Of a stretch of 64,000 nucleotides of DNA, positions 9,368 to 18,570 are shown piece after piece. This stretch comes from Euryarchaeota archaeon UBA487. GTDB lineage: Archaea > Thermoplasmatota > Poseidoniia > Poseidoniales > Thalassarchaeaceae. Each line of letters begins with the position of its first letter. The stretch's first letter is position 1. The notes under the pieces were generated by a model, which had not been told where the DNA came from, made no database searches, and saw nothing but the letters and a program-made list of their open reading frames with translations. Both the position numbers and the translations under genes were made by a program. The stretch covers positions 27,300-91,299 of the forward strand of contig DAVU01000013.1 in the NCBI GenBank assembly GCA_002505695.1, given 5' to 3'.

Positions 9368-10372
9368 CTATTTCCTCTTAGGAGGGGATGGGAATTTCTG
9401 TTTTATTCCCTCTGACAACCGGTGTATTTCTGCTATTTCTGATTCTGTCCATGGATCTCCATCAAAATGATCCAATCTAGATGCTATACTTGCCTTCCCT
9501 GCCAGAAATCTCGCTATTTTCCCTCTCACCCATCGAGGAGATCTGCTAACCTGTGGCATCGAGAAGATGACAGACCCGTGTTTTGGGGGGGGCGCCCCCC
9601 GACGGTGGGCGGCCATGGCTGCATGTGCACCAAGAACCTGTATCGACCCTGATGGCATTCTCGCAAGCCTCTCTCTTCCACCTGCAAGGACGCATAACTT
9701 TGCAGCCCCTAGCGGGCCCACGAGCTTTGAAAGGCTCGGTAAATATTCACTGGCTATGGTGCGGATCGCTTCCTCGCTGGAAGTCAGGCTGTTCGCTATA
9801 TCCAGACATCTCTGTCCGATGTCTTGGATGGCTTTCCATTCGACTTCTGAAGGTGAGTGGGGAGGAGGGTTTGTGCCCAACCGATCTGAAGCCTCTCTCA
9901 GATCCGTTGAATCTGAGACGGCCCAAGGGATTCTCTCTCTATCCTTGTCTAAATCCAAGGAGGGGAGGAGCAGTCCCACCCATTCGATGCACCTAGCCTC
10001 TAGTGTGGTCCATGCTGACCGTAATTCAGACTGTGAAGAGACCAACATATCCAATCTTCGATCGATACTTCCTGCAGCCTCCGCTACGCCCCTCTTTGCC
10101 AGTATGTTAGCCGCTGATTCTAGGAGTTGTTGTTCCTCCGTTGTCAAATCAGGCCATTCGGCATGAGTAAGGTGTCCGACTGCGTCCGGAATGGCATCAG
10201 AGAACCTTGAACATAGGATTCTGGCCTCTGGACTTAGACGACCTTTCTGTAAGTCCTCCAATCGGCTGGCGACCGACTTGCTTGATCTTGATGATATCCA
10301 TATGAGCTCGTCGACGATGTTCGAATCGGCGTCGATAACTCTGGACAGCCTCCAGTCATAGATGACGCGCAT
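9368..10372 (-). CDS. nop5: Nop5 (Nop56/58) box C/D sRNP core protein
   Basis: C-terminal Nop domain 'GAAKLCVLAGGRERLARMPSGSIQVLGA...KHGSVIF...RGKIARFLAGKASIASRLD'. Classical nop5-flpA operon order. Confidence 0.8.
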   Translation of the reverse strand: MRVIYDWRLSRVIDADSNIVDELIWISSRSSKSVASRLEDLQKGRLSPEARILCSRFSDAIPDAVGHLTHAEWPDLTTEEQQLLESAANILAKRGVAEAAGSIDRRLDMLVSSQSELRSAWTTLEARCIEWVGLLLPSLDLDKDRERIPWAVSDSTDLREASDRLGTNPPPHSPSEVEWKAIQDIGQRCLDIANSLTSSEEAIRTIASEYLPSLSKLVGPLGAAKLCVLAGGRERLARMPSGSIQVLGAHAAMAAHRRGAPPPKHGSVIFSMPQVSRSPRWVRGKIARFLAGKASIASRLDHFDGDPWTESEIAEIHRLSEGIKQKFPSPPKRK

Positions 10373-10515
10373 GTCGTAGCCAGTATGTGGCTTGTCTTGA
10401 ACAGTATGGGTAAATCCATCCTAGAGATACTGTGAAAAAACGCATATGGCGATTTACCTTAGAATGGGAGGATTGAAAACCTCATGTCAATGAGGGAGAA
10501 CGTCAAGGTGACGTG

Positions 10516-10893
10516 ATGTTCTGTCCGGAATGTGGTACATTGGGCTTCGTAGATCCAGGTGGCAATATCAGATGTACAAATTACAAGTGTGGATATGAGG
10601 GCCCAGTCGGCGGCAAAGACGGTGCCAGCGCAACCGTCATAGGATCAGATGGCCAAGAGATCGATATCGTCAACACAAAGTCCTCAACGAAGTCTACCGA
10701 TCTGAAGCATCTCACAGAGGTACAAGCCCCGGATATAGCGAGGGGCACCCTCAGAGTCGGAGATTACAGGTGTCCAAAGTGCGACGGAGACAGGATTTTC
10801 GTTGAGTTGCAACAAACGAGGTCAAGCGATGAGCCTGAAACGAAAATATGCACCTGTGAAGCCTGTGGCCACCGCTTTAGGGAATACCAATAG
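10516..10893 (+). CDS. tfs: Transcription factor S / RpoM-like zinc-ribbon protein
   Basis: N-terminal ribbon 'FCPECG...CTNYKC'. C-terminal ribbon 'CPKCDGD...QTRSSDEPET..CTCEACGHRF' with the acidic loop. ATG at 10516, just after an in-frame GTG. Confidence 0.75.
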   Translation: MFCPECGTLGFVDPGGNIRCTNYKCGYEGPVGGKDGASATVIGSDGQEIDIVNTKSSTKSTDLKHLTEVQAPDIARGTLRVGDYRCPKCDGDRIFVELQQTRSSDEPETKICTCEACGHRFREYQ

Positions 10894-10955
10894 TTGGCCT
10901 AATCTCACCGAATGATGAATAACCTCCGGGGTTGGAACAACACGAGAATGGTACC

Positions 10956-11708
10956 ATGCTAAGGGTGACTGCAAAGCAACAAGTAATGAGGGAAATCGTG
11001 GACCTACTCTCCATATTAGACAATGAGGAAGCAAAGTTTCGTTGGGGTGAAAAGGGTCTCGCTTGCTCATCAGTGGATGTAAGTCATGTCGCAATGTTGG
11101 AAATGATGGTAGCAGACGAATGTTTCGAGACTTACGAAGTAGAACCAATGGAAATAGGGATAGATCTCAGGAAACTGGGGGAGGTTCTCGCACTTGCTGG
11201 TCCTAATGACCTGATTGAACTTGATTACGATCAAGCTACGAGCTCCATGGTTGTTCATGTCAGTGAGGTTCGACGTACGATAAGGGGGCTGGATGTGTCA
11301 ATGATCGAGGAGGTCAAGTTGCCAAGCTTGGACTTTGAGGGTATGAAGGTAGTCATCTCGACTGAAAAATTCGCCAGATCTTTCAAGGCGGCCAAACTAG
11401 GAGGTGATTTGGTGGACTTGTCAGTAGATGCCAGTCACTTTGCTGTTCGATCGGGTGAACCAACAGGAGAGTCCGTCGAGACTAAATTTGAAGCCGGTGA
11501 ACTTGGTGAACTTTCAGTGAAGCAGCCTTCGACCTCAACATACTCAATTAGGTTCCCCAATGAACTTGCGAGAAAAATAAATCCCGGTGCGACCGAGACC
11601 TTGGATATCCAATTCAAAGCTTCTTATCCGCTGAAAGTCGACTGGGTGAGCAATGGGGGTGGCGCGAAGTGGACCTTCCTGCTGGCGCCTCGGGTCACTA
11701 ACGATTAG
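10956..11708 (+). CDS. pcn: DNA polymerase sliding clamp (PCNA)
   Basis: About 250 aa. C-terminal 'WTFLLAPRV' matches archaeal PCNA 'LTFLLAPRVEE'. The first ATG is preferred over the upstream TTG. Confidence 0.7.
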   Translation: MLRVTAKQQVMREIVDLLSILDNEEAKFRWGEKGLACSSVDVSHVAMLEMMVADECFETYEVEPMEIGIDLRKLGEVLALAGPNDLIELDYDQATSSMVVHVSEVRRTIRGLDVSMIEEVKLPSLDFEGMKVVISTEKFARSFKAAKLGGDLVDLSVDASHFAVRSGEPTGESVETKFEAGELGELSVKQPSTSTYSIRFPNELARKINPGATETLDIQFKASYPLKVDWVSNGGGAKWTFLLAPRVTND

Positions 11709-11713
11709 CAAGT

Positions 11714-12412
11714 TCACTCCAGATTCCACATCCCGTCATTCTCCAGATAGGTTGGTGTGCGAGGGCGCCAAAATATCCCAGTAAACAGCCCCATGAAAAC
11801 ACCTCCAAGAATAAGATTGAGCCAACCCTCTCCGATGTAGCCCTGTGAGGCATTGAAATAAGCCCATACAAACGATGGTATTATTCCAATCAAGGTGCAG
11901 ATTACAATTTCTTCTAACACAATCCTCCGATTGTCTGCCCTAGCTGGAAGTGAAAGTACGTTATCATCGTAATCCGAAGTTCTCTTGACGAGTCTTCTTG
12001 GATAATCTTGGATTGACTCTATAGGCCTCGTCGATTTCCTAGTTCCCCCTTTCTTCCACAATCTTACTCTTCTTGTCCTTATCGCATTTTCTTGTATGAA
12101 TGGCCTTCCATCACAATGTTTTCCCCAGTAATTCGTCGCAGAGTCGGCAAGTACCTCTATTGTACCAATTTCACCAGTGATTGCTCTAATTGACATCGCG
12201 CGTTCCCATTCTGATTCTGAGGCGACATGTGCTTCATCCTGTGCTAGAACCTCTAGGGCTAGGTCTGACTCGACTGGGTATTTGCTAATTTCAAATGGGC
12301 TGCTGATAGTGAATATATGTCGTGGACCAAGATTGCCAAATAACACAGATCGATTGTCAGAACCCATCTCCACAGCCCCAGGGGGTATACTTACCCACTC
12401 TATCTCTGCCAT
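11714..12412 (-). CDS. Membrane-anchored protein with FGE/SUMF1-like (sulfatase-modifying-factor type) N-terminal domain
   Basis: 'WVSIPPGAVEMGSDN...FEISKYPVE...SEWERAM...NYWG' follows the FGE-sulfatase pattern. Two C-terminal TM helices. A start at Met16 leaves a 2-nt gap to the ABC gene stop. Confidence 0.4.
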   Translation of the reverse strand: MAEIEWVSIPPGAVEMGSDNRSVLFGNLGPRHIFTISSPFEISKYPVESDLALEVLAQDEAHVASESEWERAMSIRAITGEIGTIEVLADSATNYWGKHCDGRPFIQENAIRTRRVRLWKKGGTRKSTRPIESIQDYPRRLVKRTSDYDDNVLSLPARADNRRIVLEEIVICTLIGIIPSFVWAYFNASQGYIGEGWLNLILGGVFMGLFTGIFWRPRTPTYLENDGMWNLE

Positions 12413-12414
12413 GT

Positions 12415-14286
12415 CTATGCTGCCTCGGAGTCCAATTCGCCGGTCTGAATTCTCCATTGCGAAGCATAGACGTTGTCAGCCGCCACCAGTTCTTCGTGCA
12501 GGCCCCTCTCCACGATAACTCCGTCTACCATTGCGAGAATCTCATCTGCGTTCCTGATGGTTGCGAGCCTGTGGGCCACCGCTACAGTCATTCTTTTTGA
12601 GTCAACCGAGGAGAATAACGAGGACTGTATCCTCTGTTCTGTCTCTGCGTCCAAGGCTGCACTTGCTTCATCCAAGACTAGTAAATCCGGTTTGGTCAAT
12701 AGGGCTCGAGCTAGGCTTATTCTTGCCTTCTGCCCCCCTGACAGTTTTACTCCCCTGTCTCCCACTTCGGTGTCTATTCCCTCTGGTAGGTTCATTACGA
12801 ATTCCCTGGCTCCCGCTTCGATTAGAGCGGCATCTATCTCCTCTTCAGTGGCGTCCCTCGCATATGCGATATTGTCCCTTATTGTTCCGAAAAACAAGAA
12901 TGGGTCCTGAGATACGAACCCGATGCGGCCCCTGATAGAATCGATTTTGAGATTGTTGATATCTATGCCGTTTATCAGGATCCTCCCTGATTGAGGTTCA
13001 TAGAAACGCTCGATTAATTTCAGGATCGTGCTTTTTCCTGCCCCTGTGTGGCCCATTATCCCCACGAATTCCCCTGGTGTGACCTTGAACGAGATCCCAT
13101 TGAGAACATTGCCCTCAGACGAGGGGTATTGGAAGGTCACATCCTCGAATGCCAGCGACTCGATGTCCGAATCTAGAGGCACGGCATCCTCGTTGTCGAC
13201 GATCGAGGGTTCAAGATCCACGATTGCGAACACTCTCTTGGCTGCGGCTTCACCTCTTTGTATCTGGTTTAGGAGGGCTCCGAGAATAAACAGGGGGAAC
13301 GTCATTCGAGTACTTATCAACAGGAATGTCACATATTCGCCGATTGAGATTTCACCTGATTCCAGAACCCATCCACCAGCAGTCACAATGAGACCAAAAG
13401 CCAATCCGGCGACGATGTAAATCCCAGGTATGAAGCGATTCCTGATCAGAGATGCAGATATGGCTTGGTCCCTATACCTCTCAGACTCGCTGTCCACCCG
13501 GAGTTTTTCGAAATCTTGGGCATTGTATGCTTGCATGACTGTTATGCCTCCAAGGACATTCTCAAGGATTGATACGATGCTGCCGGTGCTCTCTCGTTGT
13601 TTTCTGTATCTTCTCTGAACTCTGGTGGCGAACCACACCACCATCGGGATAATCAGGATTAGAGGACTGAATAACATAAGCGTCAGCTTCACAGACATGA
13701 GTGAAAGAAGTATTGCAGCCATCGTGAAGGTTATGATTATCCTGACTATGCTTGTGCTTGAATCCGAAATCACGTCTTCAAGAAGGGAGATATCAGCGGA
13801 GAGCACTGACATCAAATTGCCTGTCTGTCTGTCTTCAAAATATGAGGCTTCCATGTCGATGAGGGATCTGGCTGCGTCCATCCTGATGTCATGCTGCGCG
13901 TTGTACGAAGTGGCCTGCCAGAGGTAGTTGCTGGTGCCTTGAAAAATGGCGAGGAGGAGGAAGCAGAGGAAGATAATAACTCCAAAACCAAGATATGGTG
14001 AGTTTCCGATGTAGCTTTCTAACCAGGCTGGATTGAAAGTTTGAGTTGCGTAGAAATCGGCCGCCCATCCTATCGTGAGGAAAGGAAGAAGGTCCGATGC
14101 TCTAGCTCCGGCATTGGCAACTACCCCGCCGAAGGCCAGTTTCTTGTACCTCAAGACATAAGGAAAAATCCGCCATATCTTCTTTCCCACGACTTGACTT
14201 TCGTCTATGAGGTCTGAGCTGTCCCTACTGATCCCTTTTCTGGGATCTCCGGATGACTCTCCTTCACCCTGACCATCTGTGGACAT
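12415..14286 (-). CDS. ABC transporter, fused permease/ATPase (MsbA/exporter type)
   Basis: Six-TM N-terminal half. Walker A 'GHTGAGKST', signature 'LSGGQKARI', Walker B '[12 protein letters not shown]'. The start is trimmed to Met48 because the longer ORF runs through a tRNA gene. Confidence 0.85.
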   Translation of the reverse strand: MSTDGQGEGESSGDPRKGISRDSSDLIDESQVVGKKIWRIFPYVLRYKKLAFGGVVANAGARASDLLPFLTIGWAADFYATQTFNPAWLESYIGNSPYLGFGVIIFLCFLLLAIFQGTSNYLWQATSYNAQHDIRMDAARSLIDMEASYFEDRQTGNLMSVLSADISLLEDVISDSSTSIVRIIITFTMAAILLSLMSVKLTLMLFSPLILIIPMVVWFATRVQRRYRKQRESTGSIVSILENVLGGITVMQAYNAQDFEKLRVDSESERYRDQAISASLIRNRFIPGIYIVAGLAFGLIVTAGGWVLESGEISIGEYVTFLLISTRMTFPLFILGALLNQIQRGEAAAKRVFAIVDLEPSIVDNEDAVPLDSDIESLAFEDVTFQYPSSEGNVLNGISFKVTPGEFVGIMGHTGAGKSTILKLIERFYEPQSGRILINGIDINNLKIDSIRGRIGFVSQDPFLFFGTIRDNIAYARDATEEEIDAALIEAGAREFVMNLPEGIDTEVGDRGVKLSGGQKARISLARALLTKPDLLVLDEASAALDAETEQRIQSSLFSSVDSKRMTVAVAHRLATIRNADEILAMVDGVIVERGLHEELVAADNVYASQWRIQTGELDSEAA

Positions 14287-14334
14287 ACCCCCTGCGGAAC
14301 ACTTGGAGTATGTAGTCTTCAGTACTGAACCAAT

Positions 14335-14411
14335 TGGTGCGCCCGCCGGGATTCGAACCCAGGATATGAGGTTGGAAACCTCAGGTGATAACCAGACTTC
14401 ACTACAGGCGC
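14335..14411 (-). tRNA. tRNA-Gly (anticodon UCC), CCA encoded
   Basis: Reverse complement folds as a cloverleaf: acceptor GCGCCTG/CGGGCGC, anticodon stem TGAGG/CCTCA with loop TTTCCAA, T-arm CTGGG-TTCGAAT-CCCGG, then A-CCA. Confidence 0.85.
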
Positions 14412-14472
14412 TATGCCCGTGGGACACTACTTGGACTCTAAATCGATTCGGTCACATATACCCGTCTTCGTT

Positions 14473-14727
14473 ATGCACCTATTGGTCCTCGGAAGTATGA
14501 GACAGATGTATTGGAGACGCAGGATCGGCATCGGGATGTTGGTCGTTTTCCTACCTGTGAATGCACCTCTTTTTCTTCTGGCTGTGGAGGCCATGGACAT
14601 AACGATCAATAGTCCTGATTGGTTCGTTGGGCTGTCTTTTCTCGTCCTTTTCATCATCGGTGGCATACTTGCCTTCATGCCGAGGATCAGTCTAATGAGG
14701 CTGTTTCAAGATGGAACCCATCCATAA
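14473..14727 (+). CDS. Small hypothetical two-TM membrane protein
   Basis: ORF with two hydrophobic helices ('IGIGMLVVFLPVNAPLFLLAV', 'FVGLSFLVLFIIGGILAFM'). No homology recognised and the start is uncertain. Confidence 0.3.
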   Translation: MHLLVLGSMRQMYWRRRIGIGMLVVFLPVNAPLFLLAVEAMDITINSPDWFVGLSFLVLFIIGGILAFMPRISLMRLFQDGTHP

Positions 14728-15605
14728 GTCCTCTCAACCCAATCAAGATTGACTCTGTGGAGAAGTTCGTCTAATTCTGCCTCTCTTTTTCCTCGCTTCT
14801 TCCACTCTTCGCAGAGTTCAATGGTTCTTTTTGGAATTGTTTTGGGTCCTAGTACCGCTCCTGGCCGCTTTGGGTCATCTAGGTAATCAGTTTCCATGCC
14901 CCACGGCGCATTGCCCTTCTGCCATGTATCCAGGATATCGCAGATTGATCCTTTTCCCACATTCACCGTACATGAAATTCCATGTCTGAATTTTTCAGAA
15001 AGGTTTGCTTTCGCATAATGCCTTACAGTTTTGTCTCTACCGAGACCGGCTTGTCTCCTGATCTCATCTATCGTCCTGTAGGTTTCTGAGGAGTTCTCCT
15101 CAACGTGCAATTGAACCGCGGACCCGTCCTCTTTCGCCATTTTCAGAACTTCTACCAATAGCTCATTGGCATGGTTCCACCTCTCCTCGGATATTACGTA
15201 ATGTGGCCTTCCAACCTCCCCAATCCCAATGGCCTGTCTCTCCTGAGTAAATTCAAGTGCTAGTGAGACTGCCTCTAGATGCAACTCATTGGACCTATCT
15301 AAACCGATTTTATCGATCTGACGTTCCCATGAAACGGGGTGTGGGCCCAAAATGACTCCGACGTTGATTCCAGTTTTTTTCCTCACACTCTCAGCCATAT
15401 CAAGTGTTTTCGAATATGCTGCCCGGTAGTCATCCTTGTTTTCCGGCAATGAATCGAAATTCGGCTTATGGACAAGGATGAGTGATGTCCCGCCCGCAGA
15501 TTTGAAGGTCCTTGCAGCCTCAACGCCCATGCCCATGTTGTCCAAATGCATGTGATGATCCAAGATAGGGCCGTCCCAATTCCATCCATTCATCATGATT
15601 CTCAC
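14706..15605 (-). CDS. TatD-related metal-dependent hydrolase (TIM-barrel amidohydrolase fold)
   Basis: N-terminal 'ILDHHMHLD' metal-binding HxH-type motif and a later 'QLHVEE'. The length is typical of archaeal TatD-like proteins. Confidence 0.6.
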   Translation of the reverse strand: MRIMMNGWNWDGPILDHHMHLDNMGMGVEAARTFKSAGGTSLILVHKPNFDSLPENKDDYRAAYSKTLDMAESVRKKTGINVGVILGPHPVSWERQIDKIGLDRSNELHLEAVSLALEFTQERQAIGIGEVGRPHYVISEERWNHANELLVEVLKMAKEDGSAVQLHVEENSSETYRTIDEIRRQAGLGRDKTVRHYAKANLSEKFRHGISCTVNVGKGSICDILDTWQKGNAPWGMETDYLDDPKRPGAVLGPKTIPKRTIELCEEWKKRGKREAELDELLHRVNLDWVERTYGWVPS

Positions 15606-16135
15606 GCAAGGGCTCCCTCTTGCTCCAGGATCTCTAAATAGGTCTCAATTGCCAGCTCTGCAATTCTTCTGGATCTCATGCCTATGGCGAGTCCCTTTCC
15701 ACTCGGGAAGATCAGGATGACGCCCCCAAACCTTGTGGCGGCTATCTCCACAGCCCCGATATCTTCGTTGATTGAGGCCTCTGAGAGTCTGGTGGTTGCA
15801 ACACTGGATATGACGGCCCGCCCACTTGTAAATCTTGCAAGAACTGAGCCAGACTCCATGGATAGTCCCTCTTCAGGTAGACCCAGTTGGAGTAGGGATT
15901 CGCGTACGGCCAATTTAGCGACCTCCGCTCTGGCCAGACCATGTACAAGTATGCTGCCTGTTTGCTCGAAAACGAGGGTAGCGGTCGGCTTGGAGCGCTC
16001 GATAATGACATTGTCTCCGATTCTTTTTGCACCCAGTAGGGTCATGGCAGCCTCCTGGGTTGGAGGTTCTTTGGCATGGAACCTGAAGTTCTGATCTTCC
16101 ATCTCGATCTCAAGTCTGTCCCCGATGTCAGTCAA
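15602..16135 (-). CDS. Two-repeat TBP-like fold protein (highly divergent)
   Basis: Internal duplication: 'ATLVFEQTGSILVHGLARAEVAKLAVRESLLQLG' vs 'VILIFPSGKGLAIGMRSRRIAELAIETYLEIL'. This parallels the TBP repeat ends 'LLIFSSGK.V.TGAKS......A...'. 177 aa. Confidence 0.4.
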   Translation of the reverse strand: MTDIGDRLEIEMEDQNFRFHAKEPPTQEAAMTLLGAKRIGDNVIIERSKPTATLVFEQTGSILVHGLARAEVAKLAVRESLLQLGLPEEGLSMESGSVLARFTSGRAVISSVATTRLSEASINEDIGAVEIAATRFGGVILIFPSGKGLAIGMRSRRIAELAIETYLEILEQEGALA

Positions 16136-16920
16136 GCGCCCTCCTCCTTACAATCTTCACACTCAGGCCACGTAGATAGTGCCTCCGCGATTTCGTTAAG
16201 TCTAGCTTGGTGAATGGGTACTAGAATCTCAGAATCGGACTCTCCTTCCCTCACAGACCTCATGGCACCGCGCAGCCTGGATGCTATCCTGAGATCTCTT
16301 TCTTGTGTGAGTTCTTTCGTCCAAGAGCGTTGTTCCTCAGCCCACCAAGCGGCAGCTGAGGCTGCGGCAGCCCCAACTTCGGGATCTATGGCATCATGAT
16401 GATCGAGTCTTGATATTGATGATGTCCTCAACTTCCTCCATCTTCTGCCTGTGGAGATTAGGCCTAGGAAAGTCGAAGCTTTCGAAGCTTGCTCGGCATG
16501 TCTTACCATCAAATCTGCCCAGCCAAGATCGTCGCTTGAGGGTTCTAAGGGGAAGATTTTGGCGCCACCATGATCGTTTAGGAGGCGCATAGGCTCGGGA
16601 TCCGGTATTCGAACATCATGCAATCCCAACCCCAATAGGTCGGAAAGATATCTCCCAAGGGTTGTTCCAGATGCAGATGCGGCAGCGACGTGGGCCCCTG
16701 GATTAGCCTCATTCTCTATTTCTTCCTCTTTCCATCGCCATAAATCCTCAGAGGATGCAAGGAAAGCCAAATTTCTGGGATCTAATTTAGGCCTGAGTTC
16801 TACGGGGGACTCCACACAAGGAAGGTGTGGCCATAGTATGTACTTTCCTCCATCCGGATCATAAATTTCGACCGGCGTCCAGACCAGTGTCGATGCGCTC
16901 ACAACCCTCTGATTCGACAT
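16132..16920 (-). CDS. Hypothetical protein
   Basis: Long ORF whose stop overlaps the next gene's start by 4 nt. No family recognised. The first ATG is preferred over the upstream TTG. Confidence 0.5.
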   Translation of the reverse strand: MSNQRVVSASTLVWTPVEIYDPDGGKYILWPHLPCVESPVELRPKLDPRNLAFLASSEDLWRWKEEEIENEANPGAHVAAASASGTTLGRYLSDLLGLGLHDVRIPDPEPMRLLNDHGGAKIFPLEPSSDDLGWADLMVRHAEQASKASTFLGLISTGRRWRKLRTSSISRLDHHDAIDPEVGAAAASAAAWWAEEQRSWTKELTQERDLRIASRLRGAMRSVREGESDSEILVPIHQARLNEIAEALSTWPECEDCKEEGA

Positions 16921-17006
16921 GAAGACATCAATCAAGCGGTTGAAACGTCTACAATTGGCTGATGTGCGGGGTGGATTGAAGTGGCTGGGACCATTGGGTC
17001 ATTAAC

Positions 17007-17468
17007 ATGGACGATCGCGAAAGGAAGGCCCCGATAGTTCAACTCAACGAAGTATTCCCCGGGGACACCAACGCACTGGACACACTTTTTGGGGGTCGAT
17101 TGATGTCGATAATGGATACAGCGGCTGGTATGGCAGCCAGTAAATTCTGCAGCGAGGACGTTGTGACGATCTCGGTTGATGCGTTGAAGTTTAAGAGACC
17201 GGCATACCAGGGTGATGTGATTAGGACGATTGCCCGCGTCGTCTGGACATCCCCAAGAACCATAGGGGTTCATGTGACTTCTTGTAGACTATCTCGGAAG
17301 AATTGGACTCCGGAGGAAATTTGCTCCGGCTTCTTCTTCATGGTCGCCGTAGATGATTCTATGAAGCCCACCAAAGTCCCCCAATTTGATCCGGAAGGTG
17401 ATGAGGAGCAGAGGTTGTACTCTCTTGCAAAAAAGGCTAGAGAAGGTATGAGAATGGATGACAGATAG
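17007..17468 (+). CDS. Acyl-CoA thioesterase (hotdog fold)
   Basis: 'VFPGDTNALDTLFGGRLMSIMDTAAGMAA' is typical of YciA/ACOT-type thioesterases. Confidence 0.75.
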   Translation: MDDRERKAPIVQLNEVFPGDTNALDTLFGGRLMSIMDTAAGMAASKFCSEDVVTISVDALKFKRPAYQGDVIRTIARVVWTSPRTIGVHVTSCRLSRKNWTPEEICSGFFFMVAVDDSMKPTKVPQFDPEGDEEQRLYSLAKKAREGMRMDDR

Positions 17469-17504
17469 GCGTAAGTCTTGTGAAATCTAGGTAGGTTGTA
17501 TTCA

Positions 17505-18488
17505 ATGCCAGTTCTGAACATTGCGATTCTAGGGAGTCAGGAGTTATGTCGATCGATAGGCAAACATACTGACTCAAGAGATGTGGAGTCTTATGTTTTC
17601 AAGGAGGGTGCCGGACCGGATCGCAGGATACTTTCCCTTGTTCGCCCCCTCAACTTTCCTGAACGAATCCGACCCCTGCTTTCTGCTTTGAATGTCGCTG
17701 ATTATGGGATTATCGAAGTCAACTCCATCGACGCGGCGCTAGGAGAATCGATGGTCGCATTTTCTTCATCGGGCATCGAACACGGGGACCTTATCATCAA
17801 CCCGAAGGATGGGGCTTGGATTGATCCGGATAAAGTAAATCTGGTCAAGGATCAAGCAGGATTGAGGTCATGGAATGTGCATCACCAGATGCCTGATCTG
17901 AATGAGTACCGAACAGCCCTATTAGGCCACGTGAAAAGTCAGAATAGCGTGGGTGAGTTATTGGTATCCATAGATCAGCATTTCGTGGTTAAGGGGATAG
18001 GTTTAGTCGGGATAGGATATGTGAGGTCAGGTATTTTAGAAAGACATGAAAATGTGAAAATATACCCAAAGAAGGCCAACGGGATTGTAAGATCGCTACA
18101 GGTGATGGATGATGATGTGGACAGGGCCTTGACAGGGGACAGGGTCGGTGTTGCACTCAGGGGGGTTAGTGACGACTCACTGGACAAAGGAAGTCAAATC
18201 ATATCTGAGGGATCAAATCTACTCACCCGGTCAGAGAAAAGTCGCTTGAAAGTAGCGATTTCTGTTTTTCAAAATAAGGCCCCTCAAGCGGGTGATGTCA
18301 TACACATGTCCTTCGATCTCCAGTTTTTTGTAGGTAGGATAGAGTCTATCGAGGAACATACCATGGTTGTGAACTGGGATCGGCCGATCGATTTGAGAAC
18401 CACATTTGACAAACCTCCTTTGTTGGTTCAGCTCGATGCCGGCCCGATGAGAATCATTGGGCCAGTTTCTAACATACAAATGGTCTAA
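17505..18488 (+). CDS. EF-Tu/EF1A/SelB-like protein with degenerate G domain
   Basis: Domain-2 beta-barrel pattern 'VVKGIGLVGIGYVRSGIL...VKIYP...VRSLQVMDDDVDRALTGDRVGVALRGV'. The P-loop position reads 'NIAILGSQELCRSIGK' rather than GxxxxGK[ST]. Confidence 0.6.
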   Translation: MPVLNIAILGSQELCRSIGKHTDSRDVESYVFKEGAGPDRRILSLVRPLNFPERIRPLLSALNVADYGIIEVNSIDAALGESMVAFSSSGIEHGDLIINPKDGAWIDPDKVNLVKDQAGLRSWNVHHQMPDLNEYRTALLGHVKSQNSVGELLVSIDQHFVVKGIGLVGIGYVRSGILERHENVKIYPKKANGIVRSLQVMDDDVDRALTGDRVGVALRGVSDDSLDKGSQIISEGSNLLTRSEKSRLKVAISVFQNKAPQAGDVIHMSFDLQFFVGRIESIEEHTMVVNWDRPIDLRTTFDKPPLLVQLDAGPMRIIGPVSNIQMV

Positions 18489-18570
18489 CCAAATATGTGG
18501 TTTGTTTTGGTCTTACATGGCTGTTTTAGCCTAAGAGTATAAATCGTAATGGGACATATGACGTAATGGG

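Noticed and set aside
9585-9600. G8-C-G-C6 near-palindromic homopolymer block
   Set aside because: It lies inside the conserved Nop-domain coding sequence (encoding 'RGAPPPKHG'). It is explained by Gly/Pro/Ala codons, and there is no evidence of a regulatory role. It is only worth remembering as a possible sequencing-error hotspot.
9567-10166. 199-aa and 137-aa plus-strand ORFs inside nop5
   Set aside because: They are antisense to the Nop-domain-encoding gene and are Ser/Ala/Arg-rich shadow frames.
14287-14427. N-terminal 47 codons of the listed 670-aa ABC transporter ORF
   Set aside because: This segment is the same-strand read-through of tRNA-Gly(UCC) at 14335-14411. An internal Met (14286) followed by a normal cytoplasmic N-terminus gives a sensible protein.
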